In this document: positions 9,437-19,635 of the stretch, in pieces | Position numbering within the stretch: position 1 is the stretch's first letter | Layout of the letters: every line of letters starts with the position of its first letter | DNA from: Candidatus Omnitrophota bacterium | Lineage (GTDB): Bacteria; Omnitrophota; Gorgyraeia; Aquiviventales; Aquiviventaceae | NCBI GenBank assembly: GCA_023247195.1 | Contig: JAHFGY010000004.1 | Span: 1-50,003 of the forward strand | Direction: 5' to 3' | DNA length: 50,003 nucleotides | Program-made: the position numbers and the translations under genes | The notes under the pieces: model-generated | What the model saw: the letters and a program-made list of their open reading frames with translations, nothing else | What the model was told of the DNA's origin: nothing | Databases searched by the model: none

Positions 9437-10540
9437 TCAGACAGCCGCAGCCGCGGGGCGCTCGTTGGCCACGCGCTGGACTTCTTCGAGGAGCGCGTCG
9501 ACCATTTCGGATTCAGCCACGCGGCGGATCTGCTTGCCCTTGCGGTAAATCACGCCGACCCCGCCGCCGCCGGCCATGCCCACATCCGCATGCTCCGACT
9601 CGCCGGGTCCGTTCACGACGCAGCCCATGACAGCGACGGTGAGCTGCAGGATGCGCGGGTCTCGCTCGCCCGCTTGCGTGAGCCGCTCCTGCACTTTCTT
9701 GGCAACGCCGACCACGTCGATCTCGCACCGGCCGCACGAAGGACAAGCAATGACATTGGTGGAAAACCGGCGTAGTTCCAGCGACGAGAGAATGCGGCGA
9801 GCCACGTCCACTTCATCGATCGGATCACCGGTGATCGACACGCGGATCGTGTCGCCGATGCCCTCGGCCAGCAGCGCGCCGATACCGATGGAAGACTTCA
9901 CGGTGGACGCTTCGATTAAGCCCGCTTCGGTCACGCCCAGGTGGAACGGGTAGTCGGTGAGCTCGCTCATGCGGCGGTACGCGCGGATCATCTGCACCAC
10001 ATCGGACGACTTGAGCGAGAGAATAATTTTGTCGAATCCAAAACTTTCCAGAAGCCGCACGGATTTGAGCGCGCTCTGCACGATCGCTTCGACCAAGTTG
10101 CCGCGGTGCTCCTCTTCACATTCCGGATCCAGCGAGCCGACGTTGACGCCGACGCGGATCGGAACACCGCGCTCCTTGGCGCGGTCCACTACTTCCCTGA
10201 CCCGCTTGGGATCGCGGATGTTGCCGGGGTTCCAGCGGATCTTGTCGAAGCCCGCTTCGATGGCGGCGATCGCGAACTGCGGATGAAAGTGGATGTCCGC
10301 GACGAGCGGCACCTTATCAGCTTCGCGGCGGATGCCGGCCAGCGCCTTCGACGCTTCGATCGTGGGCACGGCCACGCGCACAATCTCGCAGCCCGCGGTC
10401 GCGAGCGCGCGGATCTGGCGCACCGTGGCGGCCACGTCGGCGGTGTCGGTCTTGGTCATGGACTGGATCGAAATAGGCGCGTCGCCCCCGATCCCCAGAT
10501 GCTTTATCTTAATCGAACGCGTCTTACGGCGAACAATCAT
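9437..10540 (-). CDS. ispG: 4-hydroxy-3-methylbut-2-en-1-yl diphosphate synthase
   Basis: IGGDAPISIQSMTKTDT and the C-terminal Cys cluster (ACPSCGRC ... GCVVNGPGE) are present. The ATG at 10540 forms an ATGA overlap with the rseP stop; the track start at 10552 is an alternative. Confidence 0.9.
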   Translation of the reverse strand: MIVRRKTRSIKIKHLGIGGDAPISIQSMTKTDTADVAATVRQIRALATAGCEIVRVAVPTIEASKALAGIRREADKVPLVADIHFHPQFAIAAIEAGFDKIRWNPGNIRDPKRVREVVDRAKERGVPIRVGVNVGSLDPECEEEHRGNLVEAIVQSALKSVRLLESFGFDKIILSLKSSDVVQMIRAYRRMSELTDYPFHLGVTEAGLIEASTVKSSIGIGALLAEGIGDTIRVSITGDPIDEVDVARRILSSLELRRFSTNVIACPSCGRCEIDVVGVAKKVQERLTQAGERDPRILQLTVAVMGCVVNGPGESEHADVGMAGGGGVGVIYRKGKQIRRVAESEMVDALLEEVQRVANERPAAAAV

Positions 10541-11607
10541 CGATTCAGCCAAAACCGATTCAGATCATTCACGGAAACAACCAGGGCGAGCGACACAAGA
10601 AGAACCAATCCCACCATGGCGGCTCGCTCTTGCACCACGATGCTGACCGGACGGCCGCGAACCTTTTCCAGAAAAAGGAACAGCAGGTGGCCGCCGTCGA
10701 GAATCGGCATGGGAAAGCAATTGAAGATCGCGAGGCTCAGGCTGAACAAGCTCAACAGCAGCAAGAGCGGCGCCAGGCCCATGCTGACCGCTTCGGACGT
10801 CAGGTACATGATGCCGAGCGGCCCGGTCATGGAGTCTTTGATTTTGCGTTTGCCGGTGACAAGCGCGCCGAGAGCCTGCATAGTCTGCTTTGCCCAATAG
10901 CCTTGCATGTTGAAGGAAATGCCCAAAGCTTCTATTGCGCTCAGCGAACGGGCGCCGGCGCCGATTCCGATCAAACCGATGGATTCCATCACGCCCTTGC
11001 GGACTTCCACTTGCTCGGCCTTCGGCGTCACGGAAACGTGAAGGCGCGTGTCGGCTCGCTCGATATCGAGCTCGACCGGCTGGCCGGGCGAGCGGTGAAT
11101 CACCGCGGTCATTTCATCCCACGTGCGCACGTTTTTGCCGTTCACGCCCACAACCTGGTCGCCCGCTTGAATACCGGCGCTTATCGCAGGCATGGCCGGG
11201 GCGACGGTGCCAACCACAGGCAGAAGCCCGGGATAGCCGCGCATGAGGAAAACCCAAAGAAGCAGAACAGCCGAGATATAGTTCACGAACGGCCCGGCCA
11301 AGACAATCAGAGAACGGACCCAAATCGGTTTAGCGACATAATCGCCGGGCTGAGGCGTCGCGGCCTCTTGCTGCTCACCCGCCATTTTCACAAAACCGCC
11401 GAGCGGGAGGCAGGCGATCACATACTCGGTTTCGCCAAGGCTGAAGCGCAGCATCGTGGGGCCAAAGCCGATGGAGAATTTCAAGACGCGGACCCCCGCC
11501 ATCTTCGCCACAACGAAATGGCCGAACTCATGCACGAGGATCAAAAGGCCGAACGCGCCGCCCACTGTTGCCGCACGAACCACCCAATGGATCACTGCGT
11601 TAAGCAT
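10537..11607 (-). CDS. rseP: RIP site-2 zinc metalloprotease RseP
   Basis: HEFGHFVVAK HExxH motif in TM1, a PDZ-like segment (GDQVVGVNGKNVRTWDEM), and a C-terminal membrane region with LAIFNCFPMPILDGGH. I chose the ATG at 11607; the track start at 11616 is a GTG. Confidence 0.9.
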   Translation of the reverse strand: MLNAVIHWVVRAATVGGAFGLLILVHEFGHFVVAKMAGVRVLKFSIGFGPTMLRFSLGETEYVIACLPLGGFVKMAGEQQEAATPQPGDYVAKPIWVRSLIVLAGPFVNYISAVLLLWVFLMRGYPGLLPVVGTVAPAMPAISAGIQAGDQVVGVNGKNVRTWDEMTAVIHRSPGQPVELDIERADTRLHVSVTPKAEQVEVRKGVMESIGLIGIGAGARSLSAIEALGISFNMQGYWAKQTMQALGALVTGKRKIKDSMTGPLGIMYLTSEAVSMGLAPLLLLLSLFSLSLAIFNCFPMPILDGGHLLFLFLEKVRGRPVSIVVQERAAMVGLVLLVSLALVVSVNDLNRFWLNR

Positions 11608-12746
11608 TGCACACACTCCCTGGCTGTCCGCCGGGCCCAGGCATCCGACGCAAGAATCTCATCCAGCGTCGGGTGCGCCACGATCTCATGCCGCTCAAGC
11701 GTGTCGGCGATGATCCGGGGGATCTCGGCAAACGGAATCTGGTTGTCTAAGTAAGCCTGCACCGCCACGTCGTTGGCGCCGTTGAGCGCAATACAAGCGC
11801 TCTCGCCGCGCGTAGCCGCTTCCTTTGCCATCCTCAGGCAAGGAAACCGTTCCAAATCAGGGTCAAAGAAACGCAGAGCGCTTAGCCGGGTCAAGTCCAG
11901 CCGCGGCAATTCAAGCGGCCAGCGGTCCGGAAAGCTCAGCGCGTACTGAATGGGCAAGCGCATGTCGCACAAGCTCATCTGCGACAGCAATGTGCCGTCC
12001 ACCAACTCCACAATCGCGTGCACCACCGCTTCGGGATGGATAACGACGTTGATCCGGTCAAGCGGCACGTTGAAAAGCCAGCGCGCCTCGATCATTTCCA
12101 AGCCCTTATTCATCAGTGTAGCCGAATCCACGGTGATTTTCGGGCCCATCGACCATTTGGGATGCGCCAGCACTTGTTCGCGCGTCACCGAGCCCATGGC
12201 TTCCGCGGAAAGCTGCCAGAGCGAGCCGCCGCTTCCCGTGACGGTGAGGCGCGACACCTGCTCCGGCGGAACGCCGTGCAGGCATTGAAAGAGCGCCGCA
12301 TGCTCACTGTCGATCGGCACGAGCCGGGTTCCGTGCTCGCGCACCAGCCGCATGATCAAACCGCCGGCCATGACCAACAACTCTTTGGAAGCAAGAGCGA
12401 CGGCCTTGCCCGCTTGTATGGCACGCACGAGCGGCACCAGCACCTCGCTGCCCAACGCCGCGACAACGACCAGATCCACGTCCGGGTGCGTGGCAAGACG
12501 CACAAGCCCTTCGGTGCCGCCCCATACTTCATGCGGACGGATCTGCGCCTGAAGCTGCGCCGCTTTATCCGTGTCCAGGACCGCCAGATACGGGGCATCG
12601 GTTTGGGTCCACTGCTTGCCGAGGATCTCGATGCGCGATCGCGCCGCAAGACCGACCAGCTTGAGCCGGTCCGGCTGGCGGGCGATCACATCGAGGGTGT
12701 TGACACCGATGGAGCCGGTTGAACCGATAACGGCAACGCGCTTCAT
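11592..12746 (-). CDS. dxr: 1-deoxy-D-xylulose 5-phosphate reductoisomerase
   Basis: MKRVAVIGSTGSIGVNTLDV NADPH-binding N-terminus, LVPIDSEHAALFQCL and HPKWSMGPKITVDSATLMNKGLE motifs. Confidence 0.95.
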   Translation of the reverse strand: MKRVAVIGSTGSIGVNTLDVIARQPDRLKLVGLAARSRIEILGKQWTQTDAPYLAVLDTDKAAQLQAQIRPHEVWGGTEGLVRLATHPDVDLVVVAALGSEVLVPLVRAIQAGKAVALASKELLVMAGGLIMRLVREHGTRLVPIDSEHAALFQCLHGVPPEQVSRLTVTGSGGSLWQLSAEAMGSVTREQVLAHPKWSMGPKITVDSATLMNKGLEMIEARWLFNVPLDRINVVIHPEAVVHAIVELVDGTLLSQMSLCDMRLPIQYALSFPDRWPLELPRLDLTRLSALRFFDPDLERFPCLRMAKEAATRGESACIALNGANDVAVQAYLDNQIPFAEIPRIIADTLERHEIVAHPTLDEILASDAWARRTARECVQCLTQ

Positions 12747-13699
12747 CCGTAAATGAGAAACGCGTAGAACAGCGGAGCGGTGAACAGGAGGCTGTCGATC
12801 ACATCCAGAATGCCGCCCAGTCCGGGCAACAGGCGGCTCGTATCCTTGATTTGGCAGTCGCGCTTGATGAGAGATTCGGAGAGGTCGCCCAGCTGGCCGA
12901 ACAAACCGAGGAACCCGCCCAACGCAAAGCTGGGAATCGGCGGCAGCGGTCGCCCAAGCAAGGGCTGGGCAACGACCGCAACAGCGGCGCTGAATAAGAT
13001 GGCGCCGAAAAAGCCTTCGATTGTTTTGCGCGGGCTGATCCGCGGGACCAAGGCATGCCGGCCGAGCAGATTGCCGACGATATAAGCGCCGGCATCCCCC
13101 ATCTTAGTAACCAGCAGCAGGTACAGGACAAGCTCCGCTCCCTGCGACGGGTCCACGGAGCGGATATAGAAGATGTAGCCGAAAAGCGCGGGGATGTACG
13201 CGAGCCCGAAGAGCGTGGTGCCCATGCCGCTCAAGGCTTCAAAGGTATTGCCGCGCGCGATCTGCCGCACGCACATGCTGATAATGGCCAGCGGCCAGAA
13301 AATGTCCCAAGTCCAACGGATGATATCGGTCCCGAACTGGCCAACAGGGACCGCCATCATCCCGGTTTCGACCAGCGACCGCCAAGCGACAAGCAGCGTG
13401 AACAAAACACCGAGCCCCATGGCCAGGAATCGGTTCACGATGATTCCCCGCTTGCGGACCATGGTGAAGAACTCATACAAACCGCTCAGCATGAAACCGC
13501 CCACCACCACGGCGAAACAAGCGACCGGCAGCCAAAAGAGCGTGCCCAGCACAAAAGAAATCAGCACCACTGAGCTGCCAAGGCGAAGCATCAAATTGCG
13601 GAGGCGGCCGCCTGCCGGCGGCAGAGCCGTGTCAGTCCGCTCATAGCGTGTCTGGCTACCTGTTTTCATCTGGGCATGCTCCGACTTGGCTTCACCCAT
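12743..13699 (-). CDS. cdsA: Phosphatidate cytidylyltransferase
   Basis: Polytopic membrane protein with the C-terminal CTP-transferase signature (SLIKRDCQIKDTSRLLPGLGGILDVIDSLLF). It has a 4-nt overlap with dxr and sits in the uppS-cdsA-dxr-rseP order. Confidence 0.85.
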   Translation of the reverse strand: MGEAKSEHAQMKTGSQTRYERTDTALPPAGGRLRNLMLRLGSSVVLISFVLGTLFWLPVACFAVVVGGFMLSGLYEFFTMVRKRGIIVNRFLAMGLGVLFTLLVAWRSLVETGMMAVPVGQFGTDIIRWTWDIFWPLAIISMCVRQIARGNTFEALSGMGTTLFGLAYIPALFGYIFYIRSVDPSQGAELVLYLLLVTKMGDAGAYIVGNLLGRHALVPRISPRKTIEGFFGAILFSAAVAVVAQPLLGRPLPPIPSFALGGFLGLFGQLGDLSESLIKRDCQIKDTSRLLPGLGGILDVIDSLLFTAPLFYAFLIYG

Positions 13700-14432
13700 T
13701 CCCGTTGGCCAGGGATTCGGCTGTGGCGCGGCGACCGAAACGCCTCTCGCGGCGCTCGTATTCCTCCACAGCGTCCAACAAATCTTGCTTGGAAAAATCG
13801 GGCCACAGCTTCTGCGTCAGGTAGAGCTCCGTGTACGAAATCTGCCAGAGCAAAAAGTTGGAGATGCGCTGCTCGCCCGACGTGCGGATGAGCAAATCCG
13901 GATCAGGCAGATCCGGCGCATAAAGGTGCGCTGCCAGCGTAGATTCGTCGATTTGTTGCGGCTCAACGGCACCGGCTTTGACTTCAGCGGCGACGCGGCG
14001 GCAAGCATCCACGATCTCTTGCCTCCCGCCGTAGCTCAGCGCCAACGTGAGCGTGAGGCCGTCGTGCTGCGCGGTTTCCTGAATGGCTCGCTGCAGGCGG
14101 ACAAGCGTCGTTTCGGGCAGCAAGTGAAGGCGGCCGATCGCGCGCAAACGGATGCTGTTTTTGCGCATGGTCGGAAGCTCCAATTCGATGAACTCATCCA
14201 GCAAATGCATGAGGTCGCCGATTTCGTTGGAAGGACGGTCCCAATTCTCCGACGAGAATGCATAAAGGGTGAGCGCTCGGATGCCGATTTCACTGGACGC
14301 TTCGACGATGCGCCGCACCGTCTCGACGCCGGCGCGGTGCCCCAAGACGCGCGGAAGGCCTTGCAGGGTTGCCCAGCGGCCGTTGCCGTCCATGATAATG
14401 GCGATGTGTTTGGGTAGTTTGCGTTGTTCCAT
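13692..14432 (-). CDS. uppS: Undecaprenyl diphosphate synthase (cis-prenyltransferase)
   Basis: HIAIIMDGNGRWA, TLYAFSSENWDRP and ...RTSGEQRISNFLLWQISYTELY motifs. Confidence 0.95.
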   Translation of the reverse strand: MEQRKLPKHIAIIMDGNGRWATLQGLPRVLGHRAGVETVRRIVEASSEIGIRALTLYAFSSENWDRPSNEIGDLMHLLDEFIELELPTMRKNSIRLRAIGRLHLLPETTLVRLQRAIQETAQHDGLTLTLALSYGGRQEIVDACRRVAAEVKAGAVEPQQIDESTLAAHLYAPDLPDPDLLIRTSGEQRISNFLLWQISYTELYLTQKLWPDFSKQDLLDAVEEYERRERRFGRRATAESLANGNG

Positions 14433-14440
14433 GCGTGGAC

Positions 14441-14752
14441 TTAGTCGGTTGAGCGCTGGCTTCCCAACCTTGGCGGCTCGGCTTCCGTGTCGGCCGTCCG
14501 CAGGCGGGTGCGCTCCATCTCGTGCTTCAATTGTTCGATTGCGCGCACTTGGTCATCGAGCTGGCCGAGCATGTGCTCACGCTGGCCGCTCACCCGATCC
14601 AGCTGCAGAGTAAGGCCCTCGACTTCGGATTGCAGGTCGTGGCGCTCCATCCGAAGCTGATCGAGCTCCATGCCGGTCTTCGCCAAACTGACCGCCAGAA
14701 ACAAAATCGCGATGCCGGCAATACCGGCGCCTATTACCGATCCACGGCGCAT
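14441..14752 (-). CDS. Hypothetical single-pass membrane protein with coiled-coil
   Basis: 103 aa with an N-terminal TM segment (VIGAGIAGIAILFLAVSLA) followed by heptad-like LDQLRMERHDLQSEVEGLTLQLDRV... I recognise no family. Confidence 0.5.
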   Translation of the reverse strand: MRRGSVIGAGIAGIAILFLAVSLAKTGMELDQLRMERHDLQSEVEGLTLQLDRVSGQREHMLGQLDDQVRAIEQLKHEMERTRLRTADTEAEPPRLGSQRSTD

Positions 14753-14772
14753 GTTCCGTTCCTTGCCGCCGC

Positions 14773-15450
14773 TTATTTAGAATAGGCCGGTTGACCGCCT
14801 GAAACGCGCTGAGCCTCGTCGTGGTAGGACTGCTCCGACGACTTGGGAAGGATAATAACTTCGACGCGACGGTTCTTCTGACGGCCTGCGGCACTGCTGT
14901 TGGACGCTATGGGACGCGATTCACCGTAACCAATTACGGTGATGCGGGAGCGGTCAAGCCCGTGCTGCTCGACAAAATAGGTTGCGACCGCTGCCGCCCG
15001 GGCTTCGGACAACGCATCGTTGCTCGCCCAGCCGGAGCGCTTGATCGGAACGTTATCGGTGTGGCCCTCAATGCCGATGGGCTGGCCTTGGACTTCCTTT
15101 AATACGGACGCGACCTTATCAAGGACGCCGCGCGCGCCGGGCCGGAGCTCCGCTTTGCCGGAATCAAAGAGAACTTGGTCAAGCAGCCGGGCCACAAGCC
15201 CGCGCTCGTCGTAGCCGATCTTGGCCTCGTCGCTGTTGAGCTGCTGCTCGAGCAATGACTTGGCGCGGCGCAGCTCCTCCGCTTCCTCGGCCTTGAGTTG
15301 AGCCAGCGTCTTAAACTGTTCAAGCTGAGCGCTGAGCTCGGCCAACTGCTCGATGTCCCAGGGTGAGCGCTTCGCAAAGTTGATGGCACAGCCGCTACCT
15401 AAAACAATAACCATTCCCGCCACCGCAGCTGTCTTCGTGCGAAGCCACAT
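14773..15450 (-). CDS. OmpA/MotB-family peptidoglycan-binding lipoprotein with coiled-coil linker
   Basis: The start was set to the ATG at 15450, which is preceded by GAGGAGG at the right spacing. There is a lipobox-like VLGSGC. The C-terminal OmpA-like domain reads GHTDNVPI...SNDALSEARAAAVATYF...GYGESRPIASN...NRRVEVII. Confidence 0.8.
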   Translation of the reverse strand: MWLRTKTAAVAGMVIVLGSGCAINFAKRSPWDIEQLAELSAQLEQFKTLAQLKAEEAEELRRAKSLLEQQLNSDEAKIGYDERGLVARLLDQVLFDSGKAELRPGARGVLDKVASVLKEVQGQPIGIEGHTDNVPIKRSGWASNDALSEARAAAVATYFVEQHGLDRSRITVIGYGESRPIASNSSAAGRQKNRRVEVIILPKSSEQSYHDEAQRVSGGQPAYSK

Positions 15451-15537
15451 GGAATCCTCCTCAAAGGACATCTCTCTACTGAAGGGATAGAAACGTCGTT
15501 TACGCTTTCGTTAAGCTAGCATACGGTCCCAGAAGCG

Positions 15538-16845
15538 TCAAGAAAGCTTCCAGGCGGTTGTGGTGAACATCTGCTCGCGCGCGGAGCCCGTGGAAATCAA
15601 GGCAATCGGCACGCTTACGAGCTTCTCGATCCGCCTCAAGTAAGCTTGCGCGGCTTTAGGCAGCCGGCTGAACCGGTCTACCCCGCTGGTGTCGGACCGC
15701 CAACCTCGGAATGTCTCATAGATCGGCTTGCAGCGGGCGAGCGTTTCCATGTCGGCCGGAAAATCTTCGATGATCTTCTTCCCGTCCCGGTAGCCGGTGC
15801 AAATCTGGATCGTTTCCATTTCATCGAGAACATCAAGCTTGGTCACCGCGATGGAGTGGCAGCCGTTGATCCACACGGCGTGGCGCGCCACGACCGCGTC
15901 GAACCACCCGCAGCGGCGCGGCCGGCCGGTGGTGGCGCCGAACTCTTTGCCCTTGGTGCGGATCGCTTCCATGAGATCCGGAGAGAATTCCGTCGGCAGC
16001 GGGCCTTCGCCCACGCGGGTTGTGTAAGCCTTGACCACGCCGAGCACGCGGCCGATCACCGTCGGCGGAACGCCGGCTCCTGTGCACACCCCGCCCGATG
16101 TAGCGTTGGAAGACGTGACGAACGGATATGTTCCGTAATCAATATCGAGCATGGTTCCCTGCGCGCCTTCGAACACGATCCGCTTGCCCGCGGCAATGGC
16201 GTCGCGCAAAAAGCGCGGCGCGTAAACAATATGCGGAGCAAGGATGCGGCCGAAGTCGCGGTAGCGAGCATAAACTTCGTCGAACGAAAGAGGCTTCTCG
16301 TTGTAGATGGCTTGCAGGAGCTGGTTTTTCTCGTCGACGTTGCGCCGCAATTTTTCGGCGAAAGCGTTCGTATCCGCAAGGTCGCCGACGCGCAGGCCCA
16401 CGCGCGCCACTTTGTCCATGTAGCACGGGCCGATACCGCGCCGCGTGGTGCCCAAGCGGCCGGTGGCGATCGCTTCGCGCGCAGCGTCGAGCCGCTTGTG
16501 ATACGGAAAGATCAAGTGCGCGCCGTCGCTGATCTTGACCGCTTTTTCAACGTTGATGCCGCGGTTGCGCAGCCGGCTCATCTCATCGACGAGCGCTTCA
16601 GGGTCGATCACCACGCCGTTGCCCAGCAAACCGACTTTACCCGGATGCAGCAAACCCGACGGGATCAAGTGGAAGATAAACTCCTCGCCGTCGGCGATAA
16701 CCGTGTGCCCGGCGTTGTTGCCGCCTTGGTAGCGCACAAGGATATCGGCTTTCTCGGCCAGGACATCGATGACTTTGCCCTTGCCTTCGTCGCCCCACTG
16801 GACGCCGACCACAACAAGGGTGTTAGGGGTGCTTTTTCGCGCCAT
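15538..16845 (-). CDS. purA: Adenylosuccinate synthetase
   Basis: VVVGVQWGDEGKGKVIDVL P-loop, GGNNAGHTV, TTRRGIGPCYMDK. Confidence 0.95.
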   Translation of the reverse strand: MARKSTPNTLVVVGVQWGDEGKGKVIDVLAEKADILVRYQGGNNAGHTVIADGEEFIFHLIPSGLLHPGKVGLLGNGVVIDPEALVDEMSRLRNRGINVEKAVKISDGAHLIFPYHKRLDAAREAIATGRLGTTRRGIGPCYMDKVARVGLRVGDLADTNAFAEKLRRNVDEKNQLLQAIYNEKPLSFDEVYARYRDFGRILAPHIVYAPRFLRDAIAAGKRIVFEGAQGTMLDIDYGTYPFVTSSNATSGGVCTGAGVPPTVIGRVLGVVKAYTTRVGEGPLPTEFSPDLMEAIRTKGKEFGATTGRPRRCGWFDAVVARHAVWINGCHSIAVTKLDVLDEMETIQICTGYRDGKKIIEDFPADMETLARCKPIYETFRGWRSDTSGVDRFSRLPKAAQAYLRRIEKLVSVPIALISTGSAREQMFTTTAWKLS

Positions 16846-16852
16846 GGATGGG

Positions 16853-18448
16853 TTAGAACCGGATCAGTTTCGCGTCGATCACGTGCTGCAGCCGCTTGAC
16901 TTGCTCAAGGACGGGAGGCGGCACAGGCTGATCGATATTCACGACGGTGATAGCGGTGCCCCCCGGCTTTTCGCGGCCGTTGGACATGCCCGCGATGTTG
17001 ATCTGGGACTGGCCGAGCAGCGTGCCGAGCGCGCCGATCAGACCCGGCTTGTCGTGATTGCGGATGATGAGCAAGTAGCCTTCGGGAGTGGCCTCGACGA
17101 AGTACGGATCGATCTTGACGATGCGCGGCTCGCGCCGGGCTGAGAGCGTGCCTTGGATGCCGAATCGCTTGCCGTCGGCCAGAACGTCCAGCGCCATCAG
17201 GTTCGCGAACGCGTCCATCTGGGTTGCTTTTGCCTCGATGACCTTGACCCCGCGCTCGGACGCGATGAGCGATGCGTTCACGTAGTTCACACCCTCGCCA
17301 ACGACCGGCGCGAGAATTCCCTTGAGCATGGCCAGCGTGACCGGCGAGGTGTCGTGGCTGGTGAGCTCGCCCACGTACGTGGCGCGCACCTCGGACACTT
17401 TGCCGCCCGAAAGCTGCGAAGCGAGCGATCCGAGCTTCTCAGCCAGCGCGATGTACGGGCCCAGGATCGCGAGCGTCTTGCCGTCAACCGACGGCATGTT
17501 CACCGCATTGCGGATGCCGCGGCCCAGGAGAGCGTCCGCGACCTGCTTCGAGACTTCCACGGCGACGTTGCGCTGCGCTTCGTCGGTGGAAGCGCCCAGA
17601 TGCGGCGTGCACACCACCGCGTCCAGGCCGATGAGCGGGTGATCTTTGGGAGGCGGCTCTTGCTCGTATACGTCGAACGCCGCGCCCGCGACTTTGCCCG
17701 CTTTGATGGCTTCGGCGAGCGCTTTCTCGTCGATGATGCCGCCGCGCGCGCAGTTGATAACCCGCACGCCTTTTTTCATTTGGTCGAATTGCTTGGTGCT
17801 GATGAGGTGCTTGGTCTCGGCCGTGAGCGGCGTGTGGACCGTGATGAAATCCGCCTCGGCGTAGAGCTGATCGAGCGGCACCACATGAATGTCGAGCTGG
17901 CCCACGCGCTCAGCGCTCAGGAACGGGTCATACGCCAGCACGCGCATGCCCATGACCTGCATGCGGCGCGCGACTTCCAGGCCGATCTTGCCCAAGCCCA
18001 CGATGCCGAGCGTCTTGCCGAACAGCTCGACGCCCACGAACTTCGGCCGTTCCCAAAGCCCGGCCTTGAGCGACGCCTGCGCTTGCGGGATGCGCCGGGC
18101 AACCGAGAAGATCATGCTGACCGTGTGCTCCGCAGTGGAAATGGTATTTCCCGCCGGAACGTTCATCACAATGATGCCGCGCTTGGTGGCGGCTTCCGCG
18201 TCCACGTTGTCCACGCCAACGCCGGCGCGGCCGATCACCTTGAGTTTGTCCGCTTTTTCGATGACTTCCGCGGTGACTTTAGTGGAGCTGCGCACGACCA
18301 GGCCTTCGTACGGGCCGATCATGGCCGCGAGATCTTTGCTGGAAAGCCCTGTTTTGATGTCAACGGAAAGGCCAGGCTCGGCCTTCAAAACTTGAATGCC
18401 TTCCTCCGACAGCTGGTCCGCGATCAAGACCTTGGCCGCCCCGCTCAT
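16853..18448 (-). CDS. serA: D-3-phosphoglycerate dehydrogenase (long form with ASB and ACT domains)
   Basis: 531 aa with the 2-hydroxyacid dehydrogenase NAD site GIVGLGKIGLEVARR, the catalytic region ...CTPHLGAST, and a C-terminal ACT-like tail. Confidence 0.9.
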   Translation of the reverse strand: MSGAAKVLIADQLSEEGIQVLKAEPGLSVDIKTGLSSKDLAAMIGPYEGLVVRSSTKVTAEVIEKADKLKVIGRAGVGVDNVDAEAATKRGIIVMNVPAGNTISTAEHTVSMIFSVARRIPQAQASLKAGLWERPKFVGVELFGKTLGIVGLGKIGLEVARRMQVMGMRVLAYDPFLSAERVGQLDIHVVPLDQLYAEADFITVHTPLTAETKHLISTKQFDQMKKGVRVINCARGGIIDEKALAEAIKAGKVAGAAFDVYEQEPPPKDHPLIGLDAVVCTPHLGASTDEAQRNVAVEVSKQVADALLGRGIRNAVNMPSVDGKTLAILGPYIALAEKLGSLASQLSGGKVSEVRATYVGELTSHDTSPVTLAMLKGILAPVVGEGVNYVNASLIASERGVKVIEAKATQMDAFANLMALDVLADGKRFGIQGTLSARREPRIVKIDPYFVEATPEGYLLIIRNHDKPGLIGALGTLLGQSQINIAGMSNGREKPGGTAITVVNIDQPVPPPVLEQVKRLQHVIDAKLIRF

Positions 18449-19602
18449 CGGCGCACCGCTTCAGCCGAGAGTTGATCGAGCATGGGCTTCGCGGCTTTGA
18501 GACCGGCGCCATGCGTAAATGAGTGGCCAAGCTCGGCCAAAGCGGATTCCACGGCGGCGATCCCGGCGATGAGATCCTCAGGCAGGATGTAGCCCATATG
18601 CGCGATGCGGAAGATCTTGCCTTCCATTTCGCCCTGGCCGCCGGCGACCATGACCTTGTGCTTGTCCCACATGATCTTCGTGAGCTTTTTGGCATCCATA
18701 CCGGACGGCGCATTCACGGACGTGACGCCGTTGGAAGGACGCTTTGCGAACAAGGTCAAACCAAGCGCCTGCATCGAAGCGCGCGCGGCCTGGGCCATGA
18801 TCGCGCTGCGGCGGAAGACCTCGGGCATGCCGAGATCGAGCAGCAGTTTGACCGCCTCTTCCTGCGCGATGATCAACGACACGGCCGACGTGAAAGGCGT
18901 GTCGTCCTGCTCCAAGCTTTTGCGGGAGAGCTTCAAGTCGAAGTAAAACTTCGGGGTCTTGGACTGATCAACGAGGGTCCATGCCCGCTGGCTCACGCTC
19001 ATGAAGGCCAGCCCGGGCGGAAGCATCAAACCTTTCTGCGAGCCGGTCACGACCACATCCACTCCCCAGGCATCCGTTTCGCACAGGTCCGCGGCCAAGC
19101 CGCTGATCGCGTCGATGACCAGCACCGCTTGCGACTTACGCGTGATCGCGGCCACGGCCTCGATGTCGTGCACCACGCCGGTCGATGTCTCGCACAGGGT
19201 GCCGAACACAACCTTTGCGTCCGGGTTCTCGCGCAGCGCTTTGTCCACCGCGGCCGGATCCACCGCATCCCCGTAAGCCACGTTCACAAGAACCACCTTC
19301 ATGCCGTACACCTGGCAAAGCTTCTGCCACCGCTCGGCGAACTTACCGCCGAGGAGCACAATCGCCTTGTCCCCGGGCGAGAGCAGGTTCACGACCGCGG
19401 CTTCCATGGCGCCCGTGCCTGAGCTCGTCAGCGCGACCACGGACTGCGACGTGCGCATGACCTGCTGCATACCCGAAATCACGCGCTTGAAAATCGCGCG
19501 GTACTCGGCGGTGCGGTGGTGGATGATTTGCCTTCCGAGCGCCTCGCGCACCTGGGGTGGAAGCGGCGTCGGACCCGGCGTAAGAAGATGTCCCTGCGAC
19601 AT
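18445..19602 (-). CDS. Class V aminotransferase (serine-pyruvate/phosphoserine aminotransferase type)
   Basis: MSQGHLLTPGPTPLPPQVREAL N-terminus and a GSQKGLMLPPGLAF PLP-lysine region. The 4-nt overlap with serA suggests a serine-pathway role. Confidence 0.8.
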   Translation of the reverse strand: MSQGHLLTPGPTPLPPQVREALGRQIIHHRTAEYRAIFKRVISGMQQVMRTSQSVVALTSSGTGAMEAAVVNLLSPGDKAIVLLGGKFAERWQKLCQVYGMKVVLVNVAYGDAVDPAAVDKALRENPDAKVVFGTLCETSTGVVHDIEAVAAITRKSQAVLVIDAISGLAADLCETDAWGVDVVVTGSQKGLMLPPGLAFMSVSQRAWTLVDQSKTPKFYFDLKLSRKSLEQDDTPFTSAVSLIIAQEEAVKLLLDLGMPEVFRRSAIMAQAARASMQALGLTLFAKRPSNGVTSVNAPSGMDAKKLTKIMWDKHKVMVAGGQGEMEGKIFRIAHMGYILPEDLIAGIAAVESALAELGHSFTHGAGLKAAKPMLDQLSAEAVRR

Positions 19603-19635
19603 GCCTGAAAAACTCCTTTTGATGATTGGTTTACG

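Noticed and set aside
15472-15537. Possible terminator between purA and the OmpA-like gene.
   Set aside because: No stable GC-rich stem followed by a U-run could be found on the minus strand.
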